From Phaeosaccion multiseriatum (lineage: Eukaryota > Protista > Ochrophyta, other classes), in contig OZ218962.1 in NCBI GenBank assembly GCA_965112735.1, forward strand, positions 124,001 through 188,000: 64,000 nt of DNA, given 5' to 3'. This document shows positions 1 to 13,008 of the stretch, one piece after another. Every line of letters starts with the position of its first letter. Positions within the stretch are counted from its first letter, which is position 1. Below the pieces are notes generated by a model. That model was not told the origin of the DNA. It saw only the letters and a program-made list of their open reading frames with translations, and did no database searches. The position numbers and the translations under genes are program-made.

Positions 1-19
1 GAGGAGGAGGAGGAGGAGG

Positions 20-630
20 AGCAGGACGAGGAGGAGGAGAACGAGGAGGAAGGGGGGGGAGAGTTGCAGCTACCGCCCTTCTTGAGTCGCCTCTCCCCCC
101 ACTCACCTTGCAGGATTCGCATTTCTTGCATGGGTCGTCCTCCGAAGCTTCGTCTTCATCAATGCAATCGCAGTTGTCGTCACACTGCCAGGGTCAGCGA
201 TCGACAGGGAGGGGACGTGGTCACAGATGTCCGATTAGCAAGCCATATACTCAAGACGGAGGAGGAGGAGGAGGAGGAGGTGGTGGAGGAGGAGGAGGAG
301 GAGAAGGAGGAGGAGAAGGAGGAGGAGGAGGAGGAGGAGGAGGAGGAGGAGGAGGAGGAGGATGAGGAGGAGAAGGAGCAGGACGAGGAGGAGCAGGACG
401 AGGAGGAGGAGATGGAGGAGGGGGGGGGAGTTGCAGCTTCCGCCCTTCTTGAGTTGCCTCTCTCACCACTCACCTTGCAGGATTCGCATTTCTTGCATGG
501 GTCGTCCTCCGAAGCTTCGGCTTCATCAATGCAATCGCAGTTGTCGTCACACTGCCAGGGTCAGCGATCGACAGCGAGGGGACGTGTGGTCACAGACACC
601 CGATTAACAAGCCATCAACTCAGGAGCAGC
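20..630. repeat. Tandem duplication (period 367 bp) of a 78-nt exon plus flanking intron, with (GAG)n tracts
   Basis: About 55-260 and about 422-630 are near-identical by eye; the exon ends 107 and 474 are 367 bp apart. Confidence 0.9.
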
Positions 631-806
631 AAGGAGGAGGAGGAGGAGGAGCTGCAGCAGCAGCAGCAGCAGTAGCAGCAGCAGCAGCAGGGTGAGGAGG
701 AGGAGGTGCAGCAGCACCAGCACCAGCACCAGCAGCAGGGGGAGGAGGAGGAGGTGCAGCAGCACCAGCACCACCAGCAGCAGCAGCAGGGGGAGGAGGA
801 GGAGGA

Positions 807-849
<43 letters not shown>

Positions 850-2439
850 GAGGAGGAGGGGGTGGCCTGATCCCCACCCCTGGAAAAAGCGTGGCGCGTG
901 TTGGTGCGGGCGGGCCTTTCTTCACTAACCCCCCTCCGGCCAATCCAATGCCAATCCTAACCCTAAGCTCCCTCACCTTACAGGAATTACATTGGTCGCA
1001 CTTGTCTGCAGCACGTGATGAGAGAAGGCAGGGATAGAGAGGCAAGGGCAGGGAGGGAAGAAGTGAAGACAGGAGCACGAAGAAGGCGTGTGGCTGTGAG
1101 AGGCGAGCTGACCTCGCTGCCTCGGTGGCTGAGCAAAAGGGGGGCGGCTGAGACGGGCAAGAAAGAAAAGCACCTTCAGCAACACACTTCCCCGCCCCCC
1201 CCCCTCGTTTCGCAGGCGTGCTTACCTCCTAACTGTAACGTTCGGCCCTGCCCATCAAGTGCTCTGCCACGCACACGTGTCCCTTGCCCGAAAGACGGCT
1301 GAATGGTCCTGCGGTTCTGAGTGCCGTCTAAATCAAGCCAATGCTGTATGTCGTGGCGCCGATTGTTGTCGAATGCAAACCCCCCCGTGGAGATAGGCTT
1401 CATGTAAAGCTCGTCGGTGGTCCATGTTCCGTCTTCAACAAGGTTTGCCGTGTGGCGGATGCAGTGGCCCTGTAGCGGGAGGTGCATCAACGTCTGGTGA
1501 TAGCGGTGCTCGTTCCCTGAACCGATTGAGGAGGACAAGTATAGAGAGGAGCGAGGGGGCAAAGTGGGTTAGAGCAATGTTGCCATCGCCATCGAGGAGA
1601 CTTGTAACTTGAAAGAGTTCACCTGGATTGATGGTCACAAAGCCATTTTTCCCGTACGCATCCACTGACAATGTTGGCCCCACCACAGAGGAGAAATATT
1701 CGGCAAACTGATTATCTTTCGTCACTGCTGGTCCGAGATAACCGCCGATGCTCTCCAGAGCCTCGAGCACAACTTGTTTTGCAGGCAAACGCATGGACCA
1801 AATAGTGTCCTGCACGAGTGCAAGAGAGACTCCATCACAACTCAGAGCCCCAGCGAGGGAACCCACGGGAGCGATGGTGGTGCTGACGTCGTGCAAAACC
1901 TCGGGAAACTCGTCGATGGCGCCGAGTTTGCATTGCCAAACGTCGGGCGTATCGTTGAGGATGCTGTGGTTGAAGGGGGGGGGGGAGGAGAGCGACAAGC
2001 AACAGAGCGAGAGGAGCGAGTACAAGAGAGGCAGGGGACGAAGAAGGAGGAGGAGCAAGGATCCAACGCACAAACAAGGTCAGGCGAGTGGAAGGAAAGG
2101 GAGGGGGGGGGGGGGGGGGGAGTGTGCCCCCGGCCCAGGCTGCCCTGCCCCTCCACACCCCAGCCCAGCGGAATAGGACGTAGCTACAAACAACTCAATC
2201 CACCAGCCATGTCCGTACCTTAAGCTTCCCAAAAAAGGCAAGACTGGGGTGGGAGAGCACGAGGCAGGAGCAGGCTCCTCGAAGCGCACACCAAAACATG
2301 CCGGATCCAGGCTTGATTTCTTGTCGGAGCCCGGCAGAAGTGCAGACTGCACAGCGGTAACGAGTGCAAGAGTTGAAAGCAGAAAAGCGACGACGGCGAT
2401 GCGTCTGGGCCCAGCATCCCTCCGGTGGAGCGTCCCCAT
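107..2439 (-). CDS. Secreted protein of unknown function with tandem Cys-rich micro-exon repeats; 3' part continues beyond the window start
   Basis: ATG 2439 followed by a hydrophobic signal-like segment (IAVVAFLLSTLALVTAVQSA). Phase-consistent GT-AG exons: 2439-2219, 1963-1623, 1516-1226, 1005-977 (DKCDQCNSCK), 551-474 and 184-107 (both CDDNCDCIDE[A/D]EASEDDPCKKCESCK). Confidence 0.7.
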
Positions 2440-2945
2440 CTTCCTCAGCAGCGTCTTGGCATGTGGCACCTCAAAAATTCTTAATCCTCCCCCCGGAACG
2501 ATCACGATTCGAATCTTTTTGAATTTTGGAAGGCGTGGAGGACAGATGTTTCGGCGTCCGCAAGGCCTATGTATGTGTCCGAGTAGTCGCATGGAACCTT
2601 CTCCGCACCAACTGACTGCACTGCACTGTTTCTGATTATACTTTCGCAACCATATCCCATCATATGGATACAGTTGTAATATATTTGTGTTTGTGTATGA
2701 GGGGCGGTACCTTGGGTTCCTCCTCTCCTTCCTCTAAATACGCACAGGCTAGCTCGCTGGCTGATGCGGGGTCGTCGCGGTCGTGCTTCCCTGCCTCCTC
2801 TGCCCCCCCTCTGAAGATACCCTCTGCAGCAGAGAGAGGAGTCCAGCGAAAATTAGCTAAAGACGACACGTGATGTAGTGAGTGAGGGCGCAGAATATCT
2901 TGAGTGCCTGTGACCACGGAGCGAGGCCCGGGACTAGCTCTAGCC

Positions 2946-4950
2946 ATGCGGTCTTCCCTCCTCCTACTGCGGGTGGTGGTGCTTGCTACTGCACTCCTCA
3001 TCCGCGCAGCGACGGCGCAGGAGGAGCTCTCGTGCGAGTCTTCAGTTCTGGAGGGCTCCGAGGGGGAGTCCTTGAGTGTGTCATCGCTGAGCTGCAGCAC
3101 CCAATCGACCTTCACTGTGCCGCCGAACACGACAGTGAGTCTCTCCGTCACCTCAGACGCCACCCTGGAGAAGCTGCGTTTTGTCGTGGAGGGGGAAGGC
3201 GCATCACTGGTCATCGAGAATGATGAGGGAGTTTTGCTCGAGTTTGCAAACAACGAGCCTCAGACTATGGCTGAGGTAAGCGAGTACCGGGCTTTTGCAC
3301 CAACACCTCTCAAGCAGCTCGGCCGCGAGGTGCCTCTGACCATTGTGCCTTGTGCCTCCTCCCCCCCAACTTACTTGGCAGCTGCAAGGAGGGGCAATGC
3401 GGATTACAGATGGGGGTTCTGTGAGTGTTTCCGGCGATGTGCGCTTCTCCGGGAACAGAGCGGGGTATGGCGGAGGCGTCTTTCTCTTGAACGGGAGCAG
3501 CGCCTTCTTCGACGGTGGGAATGTATCCTTCATAGGAAACTCGGCTCATGTGAGTTGATGGTTTTCAAGAAGTTGTGTGTGGTCTCGGAAAGAGGATGGG
3601 AGGGACATAGCGAGAGTGTGCAACACTGCTTGGCTTCTCTCCATGTTCGTGCGCTCACGTCCCTTGAGCGACGTGAAGAATGATATGGGCAGCGGGCCGT
3701 GGTGGTGTTGAGCTTGGCCTTGGTGTGAGGGGAAAAAAAAAGAGGTTAGGTAGACTGCAGTCATATCTGCCTCTTTGCTTGGCCGCCTTTCTGCGACCAC
3801 CCGTTGGACAGCGCTGCTCGTCACACTGTCCACTCCTCGCGACATGGTTGCGTTACTCCCGAAAGGATGCTGACCCCTGCCGCGCCCTTAAGCTCTGCGT
3901 ATCTGCCGTGTGACCCCTGCTGTGTGTCTGGCTGCTTCTGGTCCTCCCCGCCGCCGCACTCTGACCTCCTTGTGCCGTTCTCGACGTGTGCCTCCTCCCC
4001 CCCCCCCCCCGCCCTTCCTCCCTCCCGTCCTCCCTCCCGTCCTCCCTCCCTCCTGCCCACCATCCCCTCCCTCCCTCCCTCCCTCTCCCTCCCTCCCTCC
4101 CTCCCTCCCTCCCTCCCTCCCTCCCTCCCTCCCTCCCTCCCTCCCTCTCTCTCTCTCTCCCTCCCTCCCTCCCTCCCTCCCTGCAACCCTCCCTCCCTCC
4201 CTCCCTCACTCTCCCGCCCACCCACCCCTCCCTCCCTCGCTCCTCTCGCTTCCTCTCTCCCTCCGCGGTGCTCTCCACGGTCGTGGTGTGACTGTTGCTT
4301 CATGTGGCTCGCCCAGTTTAATGTAAGTTTGGTGTAAGTGCGTCATGGTGGAGTCCATCGTTACTTTCAGTCAACTCCGTCCTGCAGGCCCCGATGTGTG
4401 TAATTTGCTTGTCATCTTGCACACTAGATGGATGAACTGCTGCTGTGTTCCTGCTGCTGTGTTCCTTGCTTCGTGACAGGGAGGGGGGATCCTCGCAATC
4501 CGCAGTGCGGTTTCCTTCTCCGGGAGCTCGGTACTCTCGTTCTCAGACAACTCTGCATTGGAACTTGGAGGGGCCATCGCTCTCGCGGGTAGCACTACCA
4601 CCTTCTCCGGTGACGTTTCGCTGGTAAACAACTCAGCTGTGGATGGAGGGGGCATCTTTCTACAGGAGAGTAGCGCGATCTTCTGGGATACGGTGGTGTT
4701 CGCTCGCAACTCGGCTGAGGTTAGTGGGTTTGGAATGGTCACACGCGATGTCCAGCGCAGAGCTTCAGACCACTCTTGATAGTGGGAATCGGACGCTTCT
4801 GTCACAAGGGCGGAGCAGATGTCCGCATGTGCATGCACTCACGTCCCTTGACCCGTGATGGTAACGATGGTGTTGAGCTTCGGGACGCATCCACTGTGCA
4901 CGTGTGGCTCTTGGGCCGCTAACCTGTGACCATCCGCTGCTCACACTCCT

Positions 4951-5001
<51 letters not shown>

Positions 5002-7277
5002 CCCGCCTGCCTGCCCGCCTGCCTGTGTACCGTGTGCTCTGCCCTGTGCCCCGCTGCTCGTCCTTCTCATCGCCGCGCGCTGCCGTGTCGCTGTCGCTCC
5101 TTTGCTCTACCCCGCTGTCCTGTCGGTGGCGTGACTCCGCTCCGGCGTGCGGTCTACACAGAGAGATGTAAGTTCTCAAGGCAGAGATCCCTTGCTCAAC
5201 AGCGGCCAAGCTTTCCCCAGAGCCCCTTTGTGGAGAGTGAAGCGTGCTGATGTGACCCCCCCATCCCAACTAATCTCGTGGGCCCACGCTTACCACTCTT
5301 GAGTCGCGACTGTAGAAATAAATAAGACAACGCATTCATTTGCTGTTGTTGCCATATTCCTTGCTGTGCTTCTTCAACGTGATAGGGTGGGGCTATCTGT
5401 CAAGTGATGGAGAGTAACACCACCTTCAACGGGGACAGCGTCTCATTCTTGCGGAACTTTGCTGAGGTGAGAGAGATATGGAACGTTTGCATGAGTTTTC
5501 GAGCGCCGCCCTTCAGCTCCCCCTTGACGTTTGGAATCGGATGCTTTCGGCACGACTTTACAGTTGTAGCGCGCTTTCGGTGCTGCACGAGGCTTGACTT
5601 CTCTCCACGTGCGCTCACGTCCCTTTCCTTGTGATGGTAGTGACGGTGGTGTTGAGCTTGCAGCAAGCCTGTGCATGCCTGCCTCTTCGGCCGACTTTGT
5701 GACGGGGATCGGGGCATGAATTGAATGAATTCGTTGAGTGCTGCCGAGCTTGAGCAAGGAAGGCGCGCTGAACCCCGCTGCGCCCTCAACCTCTACCTGC
5801 CTGACGTGTGCCCTGCCTGAACTGTGCCCTGCTGTTCGTCTTTCCCGCCGCCGGCTGCACTCTGACGCATCCTTCTCGGCTGTTTCTCGTGGGTACACCT
5901 CTACTCCCTTCTCCCCCGTGGCGGGACTCACCTTCTCAGGAAGTTGTAAGTGGCCCAAGAGGATGGTGATCGTTGTGCCAATGGCTTTGTCAACGGGCCC
6001 TTTGTGGTGCCCACAGCTCTGACCCGTGTAGCGAAGAGAGGGGCGTCCTTGACTCACCCTTGGCTCCGTTTTCTTTGTGCGCTTGGCTGCTCCACTGGGC
6101 ATACCCCACCCACGCATCGCGAGGACTCTCCTGGGCCGGAGCCTGCCGCTTAGTATCAACGATTGTGGCTTGTTAAAAATGACTGATGCCCTCCCTTTGT
6201 TTGTTTTGTGCCAAATGATAGGGTGGATCCATGAGCTTGAGCTTCGGGAGTAGCGCCAACCTCTCCACTGACGTCTTCTTCTCCGAAAGCGCGGCGGTGA
6301 GTCGATTGAGTGCAATGGCCGCACGAGCTGTCCAGCGCCGCGCTTGACAGTGAGAAGTGGACTTTCGTAGTGCCGAATGTAGAACAAACAAACACTGTAT
6401 GTCCCATGCAAAGCTCGGCCTCTTGTTGTGTGCTCTATGCTCTATGTCCCTCGCCTTGCTTGACTCGTGTGTCCCTCACCTTGCTTGACTCGAACGGTAA
6501 TGGTGGTGTGGGGCCGGCCTGTCTGGCCGCAGTGTGACCTCTCTACCCCACTTCTCGTCCTTGGTGCCTTCCCGCCACTGCCGCTCTGACGTACCACTCT
6601 CGCCTCTCGCCCCCTTGTGTTGGCTGTCTTTCGTCGTGCCGCCGCTAATCTCCACCGTGGCTGCGCGCCAGGACTTTGTAAGTGATTTGATCGTTTCCCG
6701 TGTTGCTTAGTAAACGGAGCCAAGCTTTCCCCAGCCATGCGGCTCAGATCCAGAGCTTGCCTATCTCACCACTGACCCTCTCTTCCCATGTTCCCCGGTT
6801 GGGCGCCAGCAAGGAGCTTCACGATTGAGATTCGATTTGCTCACCCCTCTGTCCCATCACAGGTGCCGGGCTTGCCACAGAGTATCGATGATGACGTTTG
6901 ATTGTCGTTCTTGAAAATGAGAAGGCTTGCTTACTCATGAACTATATTCCTTGCTCTACTCTACGTATCGCTCAGGGAGGAGGCATCTGTCTACAGGAGA
7001 GTAGCGCGATCTTCTGGGATACGGTGGTGTTCGGTCGCAACTCGGCTGAGGTTAGTGGGTTTGGAATGGTCACACGCGATGTCCAGCGCCGAGCTTCAGA
7101 CCACTCTTGATAGTGGGAATCGGGCGCTTCTGTCACAAGGGCGGAGCAGATGTCTCCATGTGCACTCACGTCCCTTGACCCGTGATGTTAACGATGGTGT
7201 TGAGCTTCGGGACGCATCTACTGTGCACGTGTGGCTCTTGGGCCGCTAACCTGTGACCATCCGCTGCTCACACTCCT

Positions 7278-7308
<31 letters not shown>

Positions 7309-8001
7309 CCCGCCTGTCCGCCCGTCTGTGTACCGTGTGCTCTGCCCTGTGCCCCGGCCGCTGCTCGTCCTTCTCGTCGCCTCGCTTCTCTGCTCTCCCA
7401 GAAAGTGGTAAGTGCCGACGTTTTGTGACGCTCAGTCATGAGTTCCCAAGCTTTCCCCAGAGCCCTTTGTAGTGTCGCGGGTCCAATCGGTGTGGCGAAG
7501 AGAGTGAGGCATGCTTGCCTCTTCACGGCGTTGTGACCAAGCTGCTGCTCTGTTCCTTGCTTTCTTCCACATCACAGGGCGGGGCCATATATCTTACGAA
7601 GGAGAGCAATGCCACCTTCTACGGGGAGAGTGTCTTCTCGAGTAACATTGCCACGGAAGTTGGAGGGGCCATCGCGCTATTCGATTATTGTAACACCACC
7701 TTCCATGGAACAAACACGTCGTTCTCGCATAACGCAGCTACGGTGAGACGGAGATGATTTGAAAAGGTCGAGCTTTGCATCATTCGAGCGCAGTGAGAAT
7801 CCCACATTTCAGTCTCGACTGTAGAGCGCTTTCCGTACCGTGCAAAGCTTCACTTCCCTCCATTCACTCATTCGGTGGTGCTGTTGAGCTTCGGTTTGGT
7901 TGGAAGGTTCGCTTCATTGTCATATTCATGATTGGCGTGTTGGTGGCCTTGAGCAGGAAAGACGTCGAGCCGAGACGCGCCCTCATCCTCTGCCTACCTG
8001 T

Positions 8002-8044
<43 letters not shown>

Positions 8045-11000
8045 CCCTGTGCCCTGCTGTTTGTCCTTCTCGCCGCCGCTCTCTGATATGTCATCCTCGC
8101 CCCTTCGCTGCTGTCTCGTCGTGCTGACCCTACTTACTCCACGATGGCGTGGCTCGGCTTCTGGGCTGCGTGCGGGCTACACAGATAGACGTAGGTTATC
8201 CTTGCTCAGTAAACAGCTCCTGTTGCCAAACTCGTCATCTTACCAAACTGGGCTGCGAGGAAGGAAGGCGTATTGATTCCTTAACTGCTCTTTGTGCCTT
8301 GCTTCTTCCACGTCCAGGGTGGGGGCCTCTATCTAACGAGGTTCTCTGGCGCGAGCTTCTTCAGTGAGAGCGTGTGGTTCTCCGATAACACGGCCGATCA
8401 GGTACTGTACTGTAAGTCAAGAGGTGGGATGAGCGTTTCTTTCTCTTGCACAAAGCGAATCTACTCCCGCTTACCTTATGAGAATCAAAGCTTCTGTAGC
8501 TGGGGCACTCGCTTCCTCCCTGTGCATGTTTCCCTCTTTGGCCGCCTTCTGTGGTGGCTGGGGATGACCAATCGGCGGAAGTGCTGCTATAAAGTACATT
8601 GCTCCGACCTGGAGCAGGCAGGGATGCTGAACCCCGCCGCGGCCTTGACCTCCGCTGCCTGCCTGCCTGCCTGCCTGTCTGCTGGCTTGTCGTTGTGACC
8701 TTTCCGCCGCCGCATCTGACCTTGGCCCTGTTCCTGTCTCCCTTGCGACTTGTGGTGGCGTGGCTGCGCTCTTCTGGGCTGCGTGCGGTCGGTCTGCGTA
8801 GGAGGATGTGAGTGCCGCCCATGAACATCGCTACCCTTGCTGAACATCGTTACCCCTGCTCTGTCACCTGGCCAAGCCTTCTGCAGGCTTCAGAGCCCTT
8901 CTGTCCCGAGGCGAAGCAAGTTTCCTTCCCTGTCCTCTACATTTCCCCGCTGCACCAGAGTCAGGCTTGAGATACTTGCGGACTCCACCCCCCGTGAGAT
9001 TTCTCGTCTTTCCTGGCCCAAGCTTGCCCTTGCCCATATGCCGCTTCGTAGCGATGATTATGTAGTTGTCACAATTTCGAATTGAGTATTGACGAGGTAA
9101 TGTGCTGCTGCTGCTGCTGCTGCTGCTGTTGTTGTCTTTCCTTCTTCCACGCGACAGGGTGGAGCTCTTCACGTCCATGACTGGAGCAGCGCCGTCTTTT
9201 CTAGCCAGGGCGTCGTCTCATTCTCACGGAACAACGCAGTAAGTCGAGATCAAACTGAGGCTTCAAGCGTGCTCTGCAAAGCGATTCGAAAGGCTAACGG
9301 CCACACTCACCACCCAATCTCTCCTCGTCGAAGGAATCATGCCTCCCCTCACACCCTCACGGCTATTGCGTTCCACCCCACCATCTTGCCCTGACTGGTG
9401 CGTGCAGGGGTCCCGTGGCGGAGCCATCTACACAGAGGCGAGCACAGGCAACCTGCTCGAGCTCGGCGGTGCGAGGACAAGCTTCACGGGCAATCATGCA
9501 GGCCTGTCTGGCGGAGCAATGGCCATCAGCATCCCCCTCAACACCAATCTCACCCTCTCGAATCTCGACTTTGAAGCAAACACCGCTGAGGAAAATGGCG
9601 GAGCGATCTTCCTGCAGGGGTTGGTGTTTCAGGATACAGTGCACACCCGAGCCAAGAGCCTGACTGTTGCTCAGTATGCAGAGCTTGTGGACTGCAACTT
9701 CACCAGCAACACAGCAACGACAGGGGACGGTGGCGCTTTGTACAGGGGCGCCGACAACGCCATGTTTCTTGGAGTGCGCTCAGCGCAGTATCCTCTGGAC
9801 AGAGCAGAGGGGGCATTCGACACCGTGTTGAAGTCAGTGGTGGTCACCGGAAACCAGGCCGGAGGTAGAGGAGGCGGCTTGTTCCTGGATTATCCGAGTG
9901 TGTTCATTGGGAATGTAAGACTGAGCACCAAGGTGTCCGTTACAAGCTCTTTTACGGACACCGTCTTTTCGAGCAATGTCGCACGGGGAGGGGAGGGGGG
10001 GGCTGTCTACGCCAGGGCGAAGCAGCGGCTCTCGGGAATCGTAGGCGAAAACGTGGCCACAGTGACGGTGCTCAACACAACATTTGAAGGAAATGAGGCA
10101 TCGAGCGACGGCGGTGCTGTATCAGTGCTCGACTTCACTGACGTTCGAGTGGAGGGCTCTTCCTTCTTTACCAACATAGCGGGGGACAGAGCCGGAGCCA
10201 TCATATCGGAGTCGTCAGAGGGCTCGTTGACCCTGACCAACTCTGAATTCAGTAGGAACGAAGCTGGGCGGTACGGTGGGGCGGTCGTGGCAGCGAAGCC
10301 TTCGACAGCGGTGGTGGCGACTGGGTGCATTTTCTCACACAACAAGGCCGGAAGCGTTGGCGGGGGCATCTTCCTGACCGATGGCTCCTCGGCCAACATC
10401 ACTCAGAGCAGCTTCCGAAACAACATCGCGGAGAGCGGCGCGTGCATGTATGCTTCTGAAGGCACCACAGTCGCCATCACATCCGGCTTCGTTGAGAACG
10501 TCGCCTCTGCCCGGGGGGCTGCGCTTGGGGGAGTCACGACGGTTGCCAATGTCAGCATGAGTGAGGACTGCACCTTTGAGGCAAACAGGGCATTCTGCTG
10601 CACCCCTCCTGCCCAGGAGGACGGGCAGCCGAGGTGGCTCGAGTCACGTGCTGCTGATGCATCATCCGCCACCTGTTCTGACGTTGATTTGGGCAGCGAT
10701 GTGACGGATTGCTGCGGGAGCCAGGAGTACTTCGAAGACAGTAGTGCCTCGAGCTGCACGCAATGCGAGGAGGGGTTTGCTTGTTCCATGGCTTGTGGTG
10801 ATGACTCGTCATGTGCTTCCCGCGTGGGCGTCTTTTAAGGCGGGCCTGGAGGTTCGTCGAGGGTATTGGCGTCCTCCGTCAGACGATGATCTTGATGCGC
10901 GCAAGTGTCTGCGAAAAGCCTCATGTGTGGGCGGCGCGACGTCTTGTGCCGAGGGTTACGAGGGCCCCTTATGTGCCGTCTGCGCCACCGACTACGCGCA

Positions 11001-13008
11001 AAGCGTCGGATTTGAGTGCCACGAGTGCGAGCCGGGTCTGCGAAGTGGAGTTTTGGCAGGATGTGCGCTAGTCCTCCTGCTTCTCGTCGTGAGCTACGCT
11101 TTTTTCACGGCTCATCTGTTTGGGTACCGCACCCTCAGCAAGTCGATAAGCCCTTTCAGCACATTCGTGCGTGCGCTGCAGAAGATGAAGAGCTGGCGCC
11201 GCTTGAGGACCCCGTTCGTCATGTACCAGATCATCACTTCCTTCGTCACCATCACCGAATCGCATCTCCCGTCTGCCTACAATAAGTTCATCAACGCCTT
11301 CTCCTTCCTGTCGTTAGATATCGGAAGGATCTTGGCGGCGGGCTGCGTGGGAGACTTTGACTTCTACGACAGGCTTCTCCTGATGACGCTGGTGCCCTTG
11401 TTTGTCATGGGTGTCTTGGCTGTGACGAGGGTGGCCCTGGCTGGGCGCCAAGGCAAGCTCTTGTTCTGTGGTGATAGAGGGAGGAATGGAAATACCCAGG
11501 CCGGCAGGCAGACAGGCCCTGATCTGGTCAATTTACAAGGAAGCGGGGCAGAAGCAGAAAAAGAGCCAGCAGCAGGGCGAGAGGCAGGAGTGAGTGCCGT
11601 GGCGCCCAGCAGTGATGTCGGCCTTATGACTCAGAGGGGGTCATGGGAGGAGGGGCGGGAAACACTGTCACCACTGGCACGGTCCGCAGCCAGTGAATGC
11701 CACAGCGTGGCGGGGGAAGGAGAAGGTAGTAGTGGCATTGGCGGTGCAGAGGAAGATGCGCGCATCACTGAGTCGGCCAACACCTTGACGTCGGTGATGT
11801 TGCTCTTCTCCTTCATCATCTACTCCACCGTGTCCACCACAGTGTTTCAGACCTTCGCTTGCGATGACAACGTAGAGAGGGGTCGTTCATTCCTCATCAC
11901 GGACTACAGCATCGAGTGCGGCACGTCAAAGCACACCTACTACCGCATCTATGCGGCAATCATGATCCTCCTCTACCCCGTTGGCATACCTCTGGCGTAC
12001 GCGTGGCGACTGAAGGGGTCGCAAGAGTTCATCGAGCGGAAGAGGGAGGAACAAGAGACAAAGCGCGCAGCGAAAGAGGCGGAGATATGTGGCCTCATCG
12101 TTGCCGACGAAGCCGCCGAGGGTGGTGGGGAAGAGCGCTGGCAGGACAACACCACCACCACCAGCGAGCAGGCGAGGGACATGAAGAAGTACAGGAGCGT
12201 CATGTACAGCGAGTTCCTGTGGAACAAATACAAAACCTCGCACTACTACTACGAGGTCGTAGAGTGCGCTCGTCGCATGCTTCTGACAGGTTGGTGGGCA
12301 GAACAAGAGGGAAGGGTATAAGGGACGGACGTATATGCTAGTGACATATGCCTTGCTTCTTTCATCTCTTCCTCACTGACTCGAGCTCTCCCACCCTCCA
12401 CTCTTCGCTGCCTCGTCGCTGCGTCGCCCAACTCCACAGGTGCTCTCGTCTTCATCCTCCCCAACTCTCCTGGGCAGGCAGCGGTGGCGTGCGTCTTCGC
12501 AGTGGTGTCTGTGACTGTGTTCGCAGTCGTCTCCCCCATGCTGGAGGCCTCTGAATCCGTCATGTACATATTTAGCAACTTCATTATCTTTGGGACCATG
12601 TTCTGCGCCCTCATCATCCAATCCAACTTCTCCGACGAGACAGACAGCAGCCAGAAGATGTTCGGGTACCTGCTCATCGTGCTCAACGTAACGGTCATAC
12701 TCGTCACTTGTGCGTACCTGTTCAGCGAAGCCCACGAGGGGTTGAAGAGTTGGAAAGGAGCTCGCAGAGAATTCGAGCGAAACTTGTCCAGGACAACGAG
12801 GTTGGAAGCGGCTGAAGAGAGCAGTGCGGCGGTGGAGGCGGTGGAGGCGGAGGAGGAGGGGGAGGAGGGGGAGCAGCAACAGCAGCAGCATGTCCTCGAC
12901 ATCGATGGCCCGGATCGGCTTGGCCAGAGCTTGCCAGGCTTGAGGAGGCCCACATCCAGGCAGGACCCGCAGCGCAAGAGCCTGAGCTCATCGAGTGTAG
13001 GACAGTAG
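2946..13008 (+). CDS. Pmp (polymorphic membrane protein)-repeat beta-helix adhesin-like protein with a Cys-rich linker and a C-terminal multi-pass membrane domain; one +1 frame break at 10833-10839
   Basis: Signal peptide MRSSLLLLRVVVLATALLIRAATA; many GGA[I/L/V]...FxxN repeats; GYWR...CAEGYEGPLCAVC; TM region with VFQTFACD, LYPVGIP and YYYEVVECARRMLLTG. Exons: 2946-3275, 3382-3549, 4480-4719, 5386-5466, 6222-6296, 6976-7050, 7578-7742, 8318-8401, 9158-9238, 9408-12289 (contains the frame break), 12440-13008. Confidence 0.85.
4645..7380 (+). repeat. Recent direct duplication of one Pmp repeat plus the following intron (about 4645-5070 copied at about 6976-7380)
   Basis: GGAGG(G/A)GGCATCT(T/G)TCTACAGGAGAGTAGCGCGATC... 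and more than 300 nt of the downstream intron are near-identical at both places. Confidence 0.9.

Noticed and set aside
64-928. Plus-strand poly-E/poly-Q/poly-G ORFs
   Set aside because: They are microsatellite read-through, antisense to the introns of the minus-strand Cys-repeat gene.
1435-1623. Apparent frameshift between ORFs 1435..2073 and 1176..1562
   Set aside because: Explained by a phase-1 GT-AG intron at 1622-1517.
3800-4340. Pro/Ser/Leu-rich or GREG-repeat ORFs
   Set aside because: (CCCT)n microsatellite inside an adhesin intron.
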